From contig CAYRUS010000003.1 in NCBI GenBank assembly GCA_964427735.1, forward strand, positions 1 through 47,839: a stretch of 47,839 bases of DNA, given 5' to 3'. Source of the stretch: an uncultured Gammaproteobacteria bacterium (GTDB taxonomy: Bacteria; Patescibacteriota; Microgenomatia; UBA8517). The notes below the pieces were generated by a model, which saw nothing but the letters and a program-made list of their open reading frames with translations, ran no database searches and had not been told where the DNA came from. The position numbers were made by a program, and so were the translations under genes. Shown one piece after another: positions 27,877 to 37,488 of this stretch. The stretch's first letter is position 1, and each line of letters starts with the position of its first letter.

Positions 27877-28650
27877 TTAAAGCCTCCAAGAAGTTGCAAT
27901 TAACATTCCAATAAAAACAATTACACCTATTGTTAAGTATTCGCGAACAGCTCCTGGGAAGAGTCTCCCCTCCAACTTAACCTGACCCAAACCTAGCATC
28001 ATATATACAGAAACTGTCAAAAACAAAGAGCTAACAACAACTTTAGAAGGCCAGAAGTGAAGTATCATTGCTATTTGAGTCATTACTAAACTAAATACTC
28101 CACTCATGACCAAGAGACTTTTACTCATATCTTTATTTAAAACAATAGTCCATAATCCTTGCAAGTAAAGTGGGAATGAAACTGCACCAATTAATAGACT
28201 AGTAATTATGATGTTTAATCTCAAAGATAAAATTACATCATAAATCAAAAACGATGCAAGCAAAGTTAATACAAATCCTACTCCTCTAGCCGCCCTTAGA
28301 AGTGCAATTGTCCTTATAGTTGATACTGTGTAAATATTCGCAGTTAAACAAAGCGTATAAATACTAAAACCATAAATTATTACCACAGGTACGATTGTAA
28401 GAAAACTGCTTGGAAGCAAAAACCAAAACACCCCTACTCCTATGGTAAATGCCACTGGCAGTATTAAAACTAGCAAGGTTGAATTTAAGTCTAAGCCCTC
28501 CTTGAGGGAAAGATAAAACAGAACAAAAGTTAATATAGCTAAAAATCCTATAGTATATATCTTGTATTGACTGGTCACAAACTGTAAGCCTATAAACCCA
28601 AGAGACAAAATTATCGAAGTTAAAATAAATTTTAATCGCTTATTTAGCAT
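27877..28650 (-). CDS. Polytopic membrane protein, function unknown
   Basis: 257 aa, about 8 hydrophobic helices, no recognisable motif. The stop abuts the yebC stop-to-start junction (28650/28651). Confidence 0.55.
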   Translation of the reverse strand: MLNKRLKFILTSIILSLGFIGLQFVTSQYKIYTIGFLAILTFVLFYLSLKEGLDLNSTLLVLILPVAFTIGVGVFWFLLPSSFLTIVPVVIIYGFSIYTLCLTANIYTVSTIRTIALLRAARGVGFVLTLLASFLIYDVILSLRLNIIITSLLIGAVSFPLYLQGLWTIVLNKDMSKSLLVMSGVFSLVMTQIAMILHFWPSKVVVSSLFLTVSVYMMLGLGQVKLEGRLFPGAVREYLTIGVIVFIGMLIATSWRL

Positions 28651-29373
28651 TTAGTTAATTTGGATGTCTGCATTTGCAAACACCTTTTGAACATCGTCGT
28701 GATCAGATAGCTTTTCCAATAAATTAATGACCTTTTCTCCTTTTTCTTTATTATCAATTTTTTGAAGTACTTTTGGCTTTTGTATTAATTCAAATTCTTT
28801 AACAATAAAACCTAAATCTTCTATCTTTGTTTTAACATCATGTAGGTGGCTAGCATCTACATATACTTCTAAAATACTATCATCTTCCTCCACATCTTGC
28901 GCACCTGCATCTATAAGAGCAAGCATTTGTTCATCTGTGTCTCCATTTTTTTCAACGGCTAAATATCCTTTTGTTTCAAAGTTAAATTTAACCGCACCAG
29001 GACCAGCCATACTTCCCCCTCCTCTGTCAAAAATACTTTTAATAGCCTGGCTGGTTCTATTCCTGTTATCTGTTGCAGCTTCTACAATTACTGCAACACC
29101 ATCTGGTCCAAAACCTTCGTAAGTAACCTCTTCTAAATCTTTATGTTCTGAAGCCTTCGATATTGCTCTTTCAATGTTAGCTTTTGGCATGTTTGATGCC
29201 TTTGCCTGGTCAATTGCTACTCTAAGCTTTGAATTCATTGCAGGATCGTCACTTCCCCCTGTTTTAACCGCTATTGAAATTGCTTTGGACAACTTAGAAA
29301 ATATTTTCCCCTTAGCAATATCCGTTGCTTCTTTTTGTCTTTTAATAGTAGACCACTTTGAATGTCCGCTCAT
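28651..29373 (-). CDS. yebC: YebC/PmpR-family transcriptional regulator
   Basis: MSGHSKWSTIKRQKEATDIAKGKIFSKLSKAISIAVKTGG.. Start set to the ATG at 29373. Confidence 0.92.
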   Translation of the reverse strand: MSGHSKWSTIKRQKEATDIAKGKIFSKLSKAISIAVKTGGSDDPAMNSKLRVAIDQAKASNMPKANIERAISKASEHKDLEEVTYEGFGPDGVAVIVEAATDNRNRTSQAIKSIFDRGGGSMAGPGAVKFNFETKGYLAVEKNGDTDEQMLALIDAGAQDVEEDDSILEVYVDASHLHDVKTKIEDLGFIVKEFELIQKPKVLQKIDNKEKGEKVINLLEKLSDHDDVQKVFANADIQIN

Positions 29374-29431
29374 ACAGAACATATTATACAATTTCTATCC
29401 TTTCTGAGAAACATTAATTCGATAAAAAGGG

Positions 29432-29459
29432 TTGACAAACGTGCACTTCTATCTATAAT
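29432..29459 (+). promoter_or_regulatory. Near-consensus sigma70 promoter (TTGACA-16 nt-TATAAT)
   Basis: -35 at 29432-29437 and -10 at 29454-29459, 33 nt upstream of the ATG at 29493. Confidence 0.5.
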
Positions 29460-29492
29460 TTGGACAGTATCAAAGTATAAATAATCCACAAA

Positions 29493-30146
29493 ATGTCCAA
29501 AGATCCTGTCCTTTTAGCAATTCAATCAGCCATCAATGGAGATTGGGAAAAAGCTATCCACTATAACAAATTAGCCCTAGAAAATGATAAAGAAGATGTA
29601 GACGCTTGGAATAGATTATCTAAAGCTTACTTCGAAACAGGTAACCCTGACAATGCAAAATCAGCAAACGAAAAGGCACTTAGGCTTGACCCTGATAACT
29701 CAATTGCTCTCAAGATGCATGCTAGACTGAAAAGAATAAAAGAACCAATCGTAAGACAAAACAAAACACTCTCTGCGGGTGCATTTATAGAAGAACCAGG
29801 TAAAACAAAGATCATCAAACTTATAAATGTGTCCTCCGACAAGAATCTAGCACACCTTGATTCCGGAGATACTCTAAACATCGCTACAAACGGTCACAGG
29901 ATAGCTATAAACACAAAAGACGGTAAATATATTGGTAGACTGCCTGATGACATCTCTGCTAGGTTAAGAGAGCTGATTAGTCTAGGAAATAACTACGCGG
30001 TTTTTGTCAAAACAATTGAAGATAAAGATGTAGAGGTTTTAATAAGAGAGACCAAAAGATCAAGCAAGATAGCAAACATTCCGTCATTTACTACTGATAA
30101 AGTAGAATATATCTCATTCTCTTCCTCTAAAGATGAGAGCAATTAA
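29493..30146 (+). CDS. TPR-repeat protein with an uncharacterised C-terminal beta-rich domain
   Basis: AIHYNKLALENDKEDVDAWNRLSKAYFETGNPDNAKSANEKALRLDPDN are TPR units. The C-terminal part (LDSGDTLNIATNGHRIAINTKDGKYIGRLPDD) faintly resembles HIRAN-type folds; this is unverified. Confidence 0.6.
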   Translation: MSKDPVLLAIQSAINGDWEKAIHYNKLALENDKEDVDAWNRLSKAYFETGNPDNAKSANEKALRLDPDNSIALKMHARLKRIKEPIVRQNKTLSAGAFIEEPGKTKIIKLINVSSDKNLAHLDSGDTLNIATNGHRIAINTKDGKYIGRLPDDISARLRELISLGNNYAVFVKTIEDKDVEVLIRETKRSSKIANIPSFTTDKVEYISFSSSKDESN

Positions 30147-31072
30147 TAAAGTTTTTCAAAACCTTCCCCTATCTCTACTACCAAATGATAATTACCCACC
30201 TCTTTTGTAACCGCCTCACAATTAAAAATAGATGCAAGTTTTTTTACATTTGTTTGATTCAATCCATAAACGATACACCCTTTAAGCTCTTCGTTTGAAT
30301 TTTTGACAGAAGTGATCTTTCCACCGAGTACGCCTATTACATCACCTAGATTACTGATAGTTGAAAGACTTCCACCATGATTAATTACCTGAACAAGAGC
30401 TGATTCACTTGCAAAAAATGGGTCAAAAAAAAGTGCTTGCAAATTATGAGCAGTATTTCTGGTTATTGAATAGCCTTCAGAACCATCGGGTAAGGTTGTT
30501 TTTTCTAAAGAACCGGTATTTTCTAAACTGATTGTCTTGTTGTTAAACTCTTTTACTTTTATTGAATATAAAAATATGTTTAATTTATCTGCCATACTCA
30601 AACTAGATGGTAACTTTTTAAAAGCTGTAAGAAATCTTTTAAGTGTGTTTCCTTTTGTTAAATTAACTATCTCTGCTCCTGCCCAAGCATCAACAGGAAA
30701 ATTGAAGTTTCTCGTTATTGTCTGAGCAAGAATCTCTCCTTCAGCACTCTCGTTAAATCCTAAATCCCATACACTTTTTACTTTCCATTCTCCTAGGCTT
30801 CTTGCAACGGTTACTTTTGTATCTCCAGGAATATTAATAGAAACTATTTCTTCTGTCTCTGGAAGTAAAATAATTACTTTTACATCCTCTTTTCCACCAA
30901 CAACATAGGCAAGTTTGTCTTTTTTATTCCAGCCAGTTTTTAAAAAAAATATGGATGTTACTGCAGTTATAATAATTAATAGCAAAAACACAATTTTCAA
31001 AATCCTTAGCCATTTACTAGAGTTTTTTTTTACTTTAACTTGGTTCCTTTTTCGTCTTTGGGCAGATCTCAT
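30143..31072 (-). CDS. LytR-CpsA-Psr (LCP)-family cell-envelope protein (tentative)
   Basis: Basic N-terminus plus a TM. INIPGDTKV resembles the LCP INIPRDT motif. The C-terminal segment VQVINHGGS..GGKITSV resembles LytR_C. Confidence 0.5.
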   Translation of the reverse strand: MRSAQRRKRNQVKVKKNSSKWLRILKIVFLLLIIITAVTSIFFLKTGWNKKDKLAYVVGGKEDVKVIILLPETEEIVSINIPGDTKVTVARSLGEWKVKSVWDLGFNESAEGEILAQTITRNFNFPVDAWAGAEIVNLTKGNTLKRFLTAFKKLPSSLSMADKLNIFLYSIKVKEFNNKTISLENTGSLEKTTLPDGSEGYSITRNTAHNLQALFFDPFFASESALVQVINHGGSLSTISNLGDVIGVLGGKITSVKNSNEELKGCIVYGLNQTNVKKLASIFNCEAVTKEVGNYHLVVEIGEGFEKLY

Positions 31073-31140
31073 TTTATTTGTGCATTATTTAATTTTAGAT
31101 TATTTTTGAAAATATAATTCTATTCAAACATAAATTCAGA

Positions 31141-31857
31141 TTAATTCTTTTCACTATCTTTTTCAAGAAGTTTTAATGAGTTTTTTAGGCTCTCTTCCAG
31201 GTCAGCAGAATACACCACTCTTGAACCATTAGGATGTATAAAAGATATTGAATAGGCATGTAAAAACAATCTTGGACACCAAGTTCTGTCCTTTCTGGCT
31301 GTTTTCCTACCTGCATAGAAAGTGTCTCCTACAATAGGAAAGCCTAAATATTTTAAATGTATTCGAATCTGGTGTGTTCTACCAGTCACGGGATTTAATT
31401 CGACTAAAGTATAGTTTTCGTCATCTTTTTTATAGTACTCTCTAACTGTATACTTTGTCTTTGCTTCTCTTCCTCCTGCAATCACACCGAACCTGTCTCT
31501 TCTCCAAGGTGTTCTACCAACCGGTGCATTTATGGTTCCCTCTTTTGGCCCAACTTTACCGTGAGCAAGGGCCATATAAGTTTTAGAAACCTTACGTTCT
31601 TTAAATTGCCTCTGCATATAACTGAATGCGCTTTCTGTTTTTGCAATTATTAATATTCCTGATGTTTCTTTGTCTAGTCGGTGTACAACACCTGATCTGA
31701 ACTCATCAGATTTTGCAATCGGATAATCAAAATATTCTTTTAGCCAATTTTGGATAATGGGTTGTCCGTGAGCTGATTTAGCATTATTTACTATCCAGCC
31801 CGATGGTTTATTCAATACTATGATTTCTTCATCTTGATAAATAATTTTCGGGTCCAT
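31141..31857 (-). CDS. RluA-family pseudouridine synthase (no S4 domain)
   Basis: HRLDKETSGILIIAKT (catalytic Asp) and GRTHQIRIHL. 238 aa. Confidence 0.88.
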   Translation of the reverse strand: MDPKIIYQDEEIIVLNKPSGWIVNNAKSAHGQPIIQNWLKEYFDYPIAKSDEFRSGVVHRLDKETSGILIIAKTESAFSYMQRQFKERKVSKTYMALAHGKVGPKEGTINAPVGRTPWRRDRFGVIAGGREAKTKYTVREYYKKDDENYTLVELNPVTGRTHQIRIHLKYLGFPIVGDTFYAGRKTARKDRTWCPRLFLHAYSISFIHPNGSRVVYSADLEESLKNSLKLLEKDSEKN

Positions 31858-31894
31858 AAATCAAGTTTAACAGCTATAAATTGATATTGGTATT

Positions 31895-32287
31895 ATGATT
31901 TCCTATAATACTCTCATGTCATATAGGAAAGATATTTATTTTTCGAATCTAGACGGTATGGATCAAATTTCTTCGAAAAGTTTAGAAGAAGATATAGATA
32001 TTATATTCTCTAGCGCTGCCAAAGTTAATCCTAACTACGCAGAATTTGAGTATACTACTGAACCAAATTATTCGTTGTTTAATGTAACTATTCTTAGATC
32101 AATGCATGGCGTTGTTATTATTCGCGAAGACATTCATACAGGGGGAAAATTTGTAATTATGGCAGATAATAATTATATACAAACAATATCAAATGCTACC
32201 CACAGACTCCATAATAAAGAATCCCTAGTCAATCAAATTCTAAGGGATATAAAAAAAGCAGCAGAGAAATTAAAGAAGAGAAATTAA
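31895..32287 (+). CDS. Hypothetical protein
   Basis: 130-aa ORF filling an otherwise empty gap. No recognisable motif. Confidence 0.4.
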   Translation: MISYNTLMSYRKDIYFSNLDGMDQISSKSLEEDIDIIFSSAAKVNPNYAEFEYTTEPNYSLFNVTILRSMHGVVIIREDIHTGGKFVIMADNNYIQTISNATHRLHNKESLVNQILRDIKKAAEKLKKRN

Positions 32288-32430
32288 AGAATTGAGTCTC
32301 CGAGAAAATCATTAACCAGATTTCTGTCTAACACACACTGAAGAGGAAGTGACAGAAGGTTATCTTAATAATTTCATTAGAGTTGTCTCATTGCTTTAAT
32401 CAACAACCTTTAAATCATTCTCTATTATAA

Positions 32431-32691
32431 TTAAGCTTTATTTTTTAAATTCTGATAATGATAAGTGAAGTTTTCGAATATGTTTCTAATTTGACTTGGA
32501 AAATTTGTTAATTTACTAAATACTTGTGCTAGGTCTGTGTCATATTCTTCAATTAATCTACTGTATGTGGCTAAATTAATTTCCCCTAGCAGATACATTT
32601 TATCTAAACTCCTTAATACATACTGTCGTTCCTCTGGTGTTAGTTCCTCTGACTTGATTCCCTGTAAATTTATTTGTTTCTCTACATTCAT
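32431..32691 (-). CDS. Hypothetical small protein
   Basis: 86-aa ORF placed 5 nt downstream of the DksA/TraR-like gene on the same strand. No recognisable motif. Confidence 0.4.
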   Translation of the reverse strand: MNVEKQINLQGIKSEELTPEERQYVLRSLDKMYLLGEINLATYSRLIEEYDTDLAQVFSKLTNFPSQIRNIFENFTYHYQNLKNKA

Positions 32692-32696
32692 TTTTA

Positions 32697-33077
32697 TTAC
32701 TCTCTTTTCTTCTCACAGTCAATACAAAAAGTAGCTTCGGGATAAATCATCAACCTGTCTGTATCAATCAGCTTTCCGCAATCTTCACAAATGCCATACT
32801 TCCCAAGCTTAATTCTTGTTAGTGCCTTTTTTGTTTGGACAATTTTTTTGTCTAGTTGGCTTTTGAGCACAGATGATCTTATGTGCCCAGTCTGCTCCGC
32901 AGCATCTGTATCCATAGATGCATTATCCCCTAACCTAGATTCATCTTTGAATGGATCATCGGAATCAATAGATTTCTTCCTCTTTTCAAGTGCTTTCAGA
33001 CTATCCTGAAGGAATGCACCAATAGGTGCCACGAGCTTTTTTGGATATTTCATTTCTCTACTTTTATTTTTTGCCAT
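32697..33077 (-). CDS. DksA/TraR-family C4 zinc-finger protein
   Basis: C-terminal CEDCGKLIDTDRLMIYPEATFCIDC (CxxC-x17-CxxC) preceded by a coiled-coil region. Start set to the ATG at 33077. Confidence 0.8.
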   Translation of the reverse strand: MAKNKSREMKYPKKLVAPIGAFLQDSLKALEKRKKSIDSDDPFKDESRLGDNASMDTDAAEQTGHIRSSVLKSQLDKKIVQTKKALTRIKLGKYGICEDCGKLIDTDRLMIYPEATFCIDCEKKRE

Positions 33078-33078
33078 A

Positions 33079-33666
33079 TTATCTGTTACCTCGAGCAAAT
33101 AGCATACTAAAGCTAGCTACCGCTGCAACTAAAGATAGCACAAAATCATACCTTATGAAAGACACAGCCTGTACAGGTATAAAATCAACAAAAACCCTAA
33201 TTAAAAAAAGTACACCTATTGTAAACAGTCCTGCAAAACCTATTTTCCCTGACCTATACCACGAAAATCCTTTATATCTTTTTTCCACAAAGATAAAAAT
33301 AAATATAAGTAATAAAGCAAATATTGTCCAAATTATAGACGCATAGTTTGCATCATTAAGTAAGCTGCTTAAATTTGCTATTACAAGCCACGGTAAAGCG
33401 GAAGCAACAAAAATATCAAACAACTCAAAAAAATTAATTTTATTATTGTTTGAAGCTAAAACTAAACCTAATAACGCTCCAGTTAATGAAAGCCAAAACC
33501 AGTATTCAGCTCCTAAAAACTTCGTAAATATTATTCCAACTACAATTCCTGCAAGTGTAATTATCCCAGAATTGAATATTTGATCAGATAGGTAATCCTC
33601 CTTTAGTCTGCCCCAAAATAAGAACAAAAAAAGAAAAGACGCAAATATATTTAAGAGATATAACAT
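33079..33666 (-). CDS. Polytopic membrane protein, function unknown
   Basis: 195 aa, about 6 hydrophobic helices. Confidence 0.5.
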   Translation of the reverse strand: MLYLLNIFASFLFLFLFWGRLKEDYLSDQIFNSGIITLAGIVVGIIFTKFLGAEYWFWLSLTGALLGLVLASNNNKINFFELFDIFVASALPWLVIANLSSLLNDANYASIIWTIFALLLIFIFIFVEKRYKGFSWYRSGKIGFAGLFTIGVLFLIRVFVDFIPVQAVSFIRYDFVLSLVAAVASFSMLFARGNR

Positions 33667-33759
33667 TTAAATCTATTCTATCTTATAATCAGGCTATAAT
33701 TATAATACTATTTTACCTCAAGATGAAATTTAATGACATTTATTGTATAGTTGACTTTA

Positions 33760-34221
33760 ATGCTTGAGACTCCTCATGTAGCGGTAGGTGCAGCAATCGC
33801 CGCTAAAATACCAAACCCATACATAGCTATCCCTCTCGCTTTTGCTAGTCACTTCTTTCTTGATATGACTCCACATTGGAACCCTCATATTAATACGGAA
33901 ATGAAAAAAAACGGAAAGCTTTCAAGACAAACCAAATTTATACTCATTGCAGATATTTTACTTGCATTTATTGTTGGATCATATATTGCATATTCCAAAG
34001 CACCATTAAATGATTTTGTTTTTTACTCAGTTATGTTTGCTTCCCTTGCGTCAGTGATGCCGGATGTTGTGGAAGCTCCATATTTTTTTCTAAATTCAAA
34101 ATCAGCCTTATTGCAAAAATGGATAAAATTTCAAAAGTCTATTCAATTTGATGTAGCACCACTTCCGGGACTCTTGACACAAGTTATAGCAATCCTCGCA
34201 TCTTTTTGGTGGATCAGTTAA
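33760..34221 (+). CDS. Small membrane protein, function unknown
   Basis: MLETPHVAVGAAIAAKIP..SHFFLDMTPHWNPH.., 4 hydrophobic segments. ATG at 33760 preferred over the TTG at 33751. Confidence 0.45.
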   Translation: MLETPHVAVGAAIAAKIPNPYIAIPLAFASHFFLDMTPHWNPHINTEMKKNGKLSRQTKFILIADILLAFIVGSYIAYSKAPLNDFVFYSVMFASLASVMPDVVEAPYFFLNSKSALLQKWIKFQKSIQFDVAPLPGLLTQVIAILASFWWIS

Positions 34222-35339
34222 TCAGATTTCAAATTCAATCTTGCTAATATCAATATCTCCAACTACAGATAGATACCACTTGTCATTTATCAAATACTTA
34301 TTTATTACATTAAAAATATCATTTACTGATACTGCATCAATTTCGGAGATATATTCTTTCGGTGTCTGTACTATGTCTGGATACAACAATTCTGTTACAC
34401 CATACCAACTCATTAAGCTGTAACTTGTTTCTAATGTCATTTCAACTTTACCTTTCAAGTACCCTTTTATATTATCCAACTCACCTTTTCTAATTTTTTC
34501 TGATTTTAATTTTTTAATTTCTTGAGCAACAATATCAAGCAATTTAAAAATATTTTCATTTTTTGTAGACAAATTAAAAGCTAACATACCCTTATCTGTA
34601 TGTGAATAGTAAAGACTACTAAAGCCATAAATCAACGATTCTTCAACTCTCAAACGATACATCAGCCGCGAAATCCAACCAGACAAAAGTAAATTTCTTA
34701 ATACTTCAATTGAATAGTAGTTTATGGATGTGCGGTTTGGAACATCAAACGCTAACACACAAGATATTTGTGGTAATTTTTTTTCTTCAAATATTATTTT
34801 TTTACTTTTTTTAAAGGTTAATGCTTCTTGGTCTACTTTATTTAATCCCTTTTTTGTTTCAAAATATTTTACTGCAGCTTCAATTTGTTTATCCTTATCC
34901 ATTGAGCTAACGATCAGCAACACACAATCAGTATTTAAGAAAAAATCTCTCCAATAATTTCTAATATCCTTAAGTTTTATTTTTTTCAATGTTCCAACTG
35001 TTCCTAGGTTTGAATACTCCAAAATGATCCTTTATAGAAAATATTTCTTAAAACATCAAAAGCTTGATTTTCGGGCATTGATTTTTTTCTTGCAATTTCT
35101 TTTTCAATTACTTTCTTTTCTGCATTTAATGCCTGTTCATCGAACAATGGATGAAATACATCTTGCGAAATTATTTCTAAAATTTTATCTAAGTCTTTTG
35201 TTCGAGATGTTGCGTATATATTGATATAATCAGACGAGGTACTTGCGTTTTGTGAAGCTCCAATTTTTTCTAAAGCTAATTTGAGATCATAAGTAGAAGG
35301 ATATTTTTCTGTTTTATCCGTGCAGGGTTGTCTAGTAAT
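34222..35339 (-). pseudogene. Decayed M16 (pitrilysin-family) peptidase gene: HxxEH region missing and a frameshift near 35021-35031
   Basis: The 266-aa ORF (TTG start) is the M16 middle and C-terminal part. A different frame upstream (35025-35339) reads TDKTEKYPSTYDLKLALEKIGASQNASTSSDYINIYATS..EKKVIEKEIARKKSMPEN..FYKGS, which is clear M16 N-domain sequence. That frame has no usable start, and the zinc-binding HxxEH segment is absent because efp occupies its place. Confidence 0.55.
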
Positions 35340-35341
35340 AC

Positions 35342-35911
35342 TTATTCCTTTCGAGTGGCACGCTCTACGTACTCAGCAGTTCTAGTATCAACTCTTATTT
35401 TATCTCCAATATTTATAAATAAAGGCACTTTGACTGACATCTCATTCTCCAATTTAGCTGGCTTGTATATGTTGGTAGCAGAGTTTCCTTTTACTCCAGG
35501 AGCTGTTTCTACTACTTCTAATGTTACTTTTGGGGGAATTTCAACAGATAATGGTTTATCATCCCAAAACAATACATTTACACTTTCGCCTTCCTTAATA
35601 AACTTCAATTCTGTTCTCACAATGCTTACAGGAATTTCTACTTGCTCAAAAGTTTTAGAATCCATAAAAGTAGTCGTCTCTGTATCACTGTATAAAAACT
35701 GAAGCTCTTTTTTTCTTGTTTCAATTTTTTCTGCTTTGGCATTGGAGCTGAGTGTCTTTTCTTCTGTGTCTCCTGTTTTTAAATTTCTTAAAGTTAATTT
35801 AACGTTTGCCCCTCCTCTACCTATTTTGGAATGTGCATACTTAATTACTAAATAAGGTATGCCATTCATTTCAAAAGTGGTACCAACCTTAAGATCTGTT
35901 GCAGCTACCAT
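35342..35911 (-). CDS. efp: Elongation factor P
   Basis: DLKVGTTFEMNGIPYLVIKYAHSKIGRGGANVKLTLRNLKTG.. 189 aa. Confidence 0.95.
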   Translation of the reverse strand: MVAATDLKVGTTFEMNGIPYLVIKYAHSKIGRGGANVKLTLRNLKTGDTEEKTLSSNAKAEKIETRKKELQFLYSDTETTTFMDSKTFEQVEIPVSIVRTELKFIKEGESVNVLFWDDKPLSVEIPPKVTLEVVETAPGVKGNSATNIYKPAKLENEMSVKVPLFINIGDKIRVDTRTAEYVERATRKE

Positions 35912-36024
35912 ACAGGGTAAATTGTATCGAAATTAAGCCTAAACTACAATAACAAAATATAAATATATTTATTTATCAAATTTGAATCTACTAGAAAATT
36001 AGTATTTTTGGTAAAATAAGCTTA

Positions 36025-36111
36025 CGCCTGGGTGGTGGAATTGGCAGACACGCAGCTCTCAAAAAGCTGTGAGCCTCAAAGCTCGTGTGGGTTCGACTCC
36101 CACCTCAGGCA
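36025..36111 (+). tRNA. tRNA-Leu (anticodon CAA), long variable arm, no encoded CCA
   Basis: Acceptor stem GCCTGGG/CCTCAGG (7 bp including one G-T wobble; 3' strand CCTCAGGC). Anticodon stem-loop CAGCT-CTCAAAA-AGCTG. Long variable arm. T arm GTGGG-TTCGACT-CCCAC. Discriminator A. Confidence 0.9.
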
Positions 36112-36122
36112 CAAATATTTAG

Positions 36123-37445
36123 TTAATTCTTTCTATAATTTTCCTTACCGTAAAAACTGATTCTGTCGCCTTTAAAGTACAGAGGAATTGAGGCCAGTGG
36201 TCCGTTCCTGTGCTTAGCAATATCAAGACCCATATTTTCTAAGATTTCATCATCTTCGCGCCACAAAAACATCACTACATCAGCATCTTGCTCAATACTA
36301 CCGGACTCCCTCAAATCAGCAAGTTGAGGCCTTTTAACCCCTCTTTGTTCGACTGCACGAGATAGCTGAGATAAAGCTAAAACAGGTACTTTAAGTTCAC
36401 GAGCTAAATTTTTCAAGCCCTGAGAAATTTCTGAAACCTCCTGAACACGATTCTCTAAATTCCTACTCCTAGCAAGCTGAAGATAATCTACGATAATCAT
36501 ATCAATTCCATACTCAACTTGTAATCTCCTCGCTTTTGTCCTCATTTCTAAAATAGAAAGTGCGGGAGTATCGTCAATAAAAATAGGAGCTTCTGCAAGA
36601 ATTCCCATTGCATTGGATAGCTTTGTAAAGTCTTCCTCTGAGAGTTTTCCTGTCTTTAATCTCCATGCATCGATATCAGCTTGAGAAACTAATAATCTAT
36701 CTATTAGTTCTTCTTTACTCATCTCGAGGGCAAAAATACCTACACCTTTTTTGTGCTTTACAGCAACATTTTTAGCAATGTTTAATGAAAAGGCTGTTTT
36801 ACCCATACCTGGTCGGGCAGCCAAAATTATTAAGTTTGACTTTTGCATTCCTGACAAAACATTATCCAGATCATTAAACCCTGTGGGGATTCCTCTCATA
36901 CCATCACCTAGCTTGTGAAGTTCATCAAGTCTATCAAAAGTCTCGGCGAGGGTACTCCTTACCGGTACAAAAGCTTTATCCACAGCGTGTTGGGTAATTG
37001 CGAAAACTTCAGATTCAGCCTTGTCCAATAATTCCTCTGTTGGCAATCCTTCATCCAAAGAAAGCTCCACTAATTTACTTGCTGCTTGCATCAAAGAACG
37101 TTTAGTTGCTTGATCCTTTACTATTTTCCCGTAGTGTTCAACATGTGCAGCTGTAGGAACTTTGTTGGCAATTCCTGCGAGAAATGATTTTCCACCAATT
37201 TGCTTTAAAACCTTGCGTCGCTTAAGTGCTTCAGAAACTGTTAATACGTCTATAGGAATCCTTTCTTCATAAAGACTCAAACAAGCTTGGTACACTTCCT
37301 TTAACTTATCGTTATAAAAATGTTCAGGTTGTAAAAATTCAGCAACTGCAATTATTGCATCCTTATCTAGCAAAATCGCTCCTACTACTGATTCTTCTGC
37401 TTCAGTGGAATGAGGTGGAATTCTTACTTGAAGATTGTCAGGCAT
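36123..37445 (-). CDS. dnaB: Replicative DNA helicase DnaB
   Basis: PPHSTEAEESVVGAILLD, Walker A ARPGMGKTAF, IIVDYLQL, RESGSIEQDADVV. 440 aa, no intein. Confidence 0.95.
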   Translation of the reverse strand: MPDNLQVRIPPHSTEAEESVVGAILLDKDAIIAVAEFLQPEHFYNDKLKEVYQACLSLYEERIPIDVLTVSEALKRRKVLKQIGGKSFLAGIANKVPTAAHVEHYGKIVKDQATKRSLMQAASKLVELSLDEGLPTEELLDKAESEVFAITQHAVDKAFVPVRSTLAETFDRLDELHKLGDGMRGIPTGFNDLDNVLSGMQKSNLIILAARPGMGKTAFSLNIAKNVAVKHKKGVGIFALEMSKEELIDRLLVSQADIDAWRLKTGKLSEEDFTKLSNAMGILAEAPIFIDDTPALSILEMRTKARRLQVEYGIDMIIVDYLQLARSRNLENRVQEVSEISQGLKNLARELKVPVLALSQLSRAVEQRGVKRPQLADLRESGSIEQDADVVMFLWREDDEILENMGLDIAKHRNGPLASIPLYFKGDRISFYGKENYRKN

Positions 37446-37488
37446 CGTAGGGTTACTTGTACCACTAAATCACTTTGTTTGTAAAGGT

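Noticed and set aside
34222-35022. Intact 266-aa M16-family gene as listed in the ORF track
   Set aside because: It starts with TTG only 9 nt after an in-frame stop. It lacks the N-terminal catalytic domain. M16 N-domain sequence continues upstream in another frame. It is therefore treated as part of a pseudogene.
35328-35702. Antisense or shadow ORFs of 60-135 aa, for example 101..298, 441..704, 2752..3015, 5469..5681, 16244..16489, 24530..24841, 35328..35702, 37810..38151, 44013..44420, 45016..45300, 47347..47598
   Set aside because: All lie inside, and opposite or out of frame to, longer ORFs with clear family motifs. Their translations are low-complexity or Ser/Leu/Ile-rich with no motifs. 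They are typical frame shadows in AT-rich DNA.
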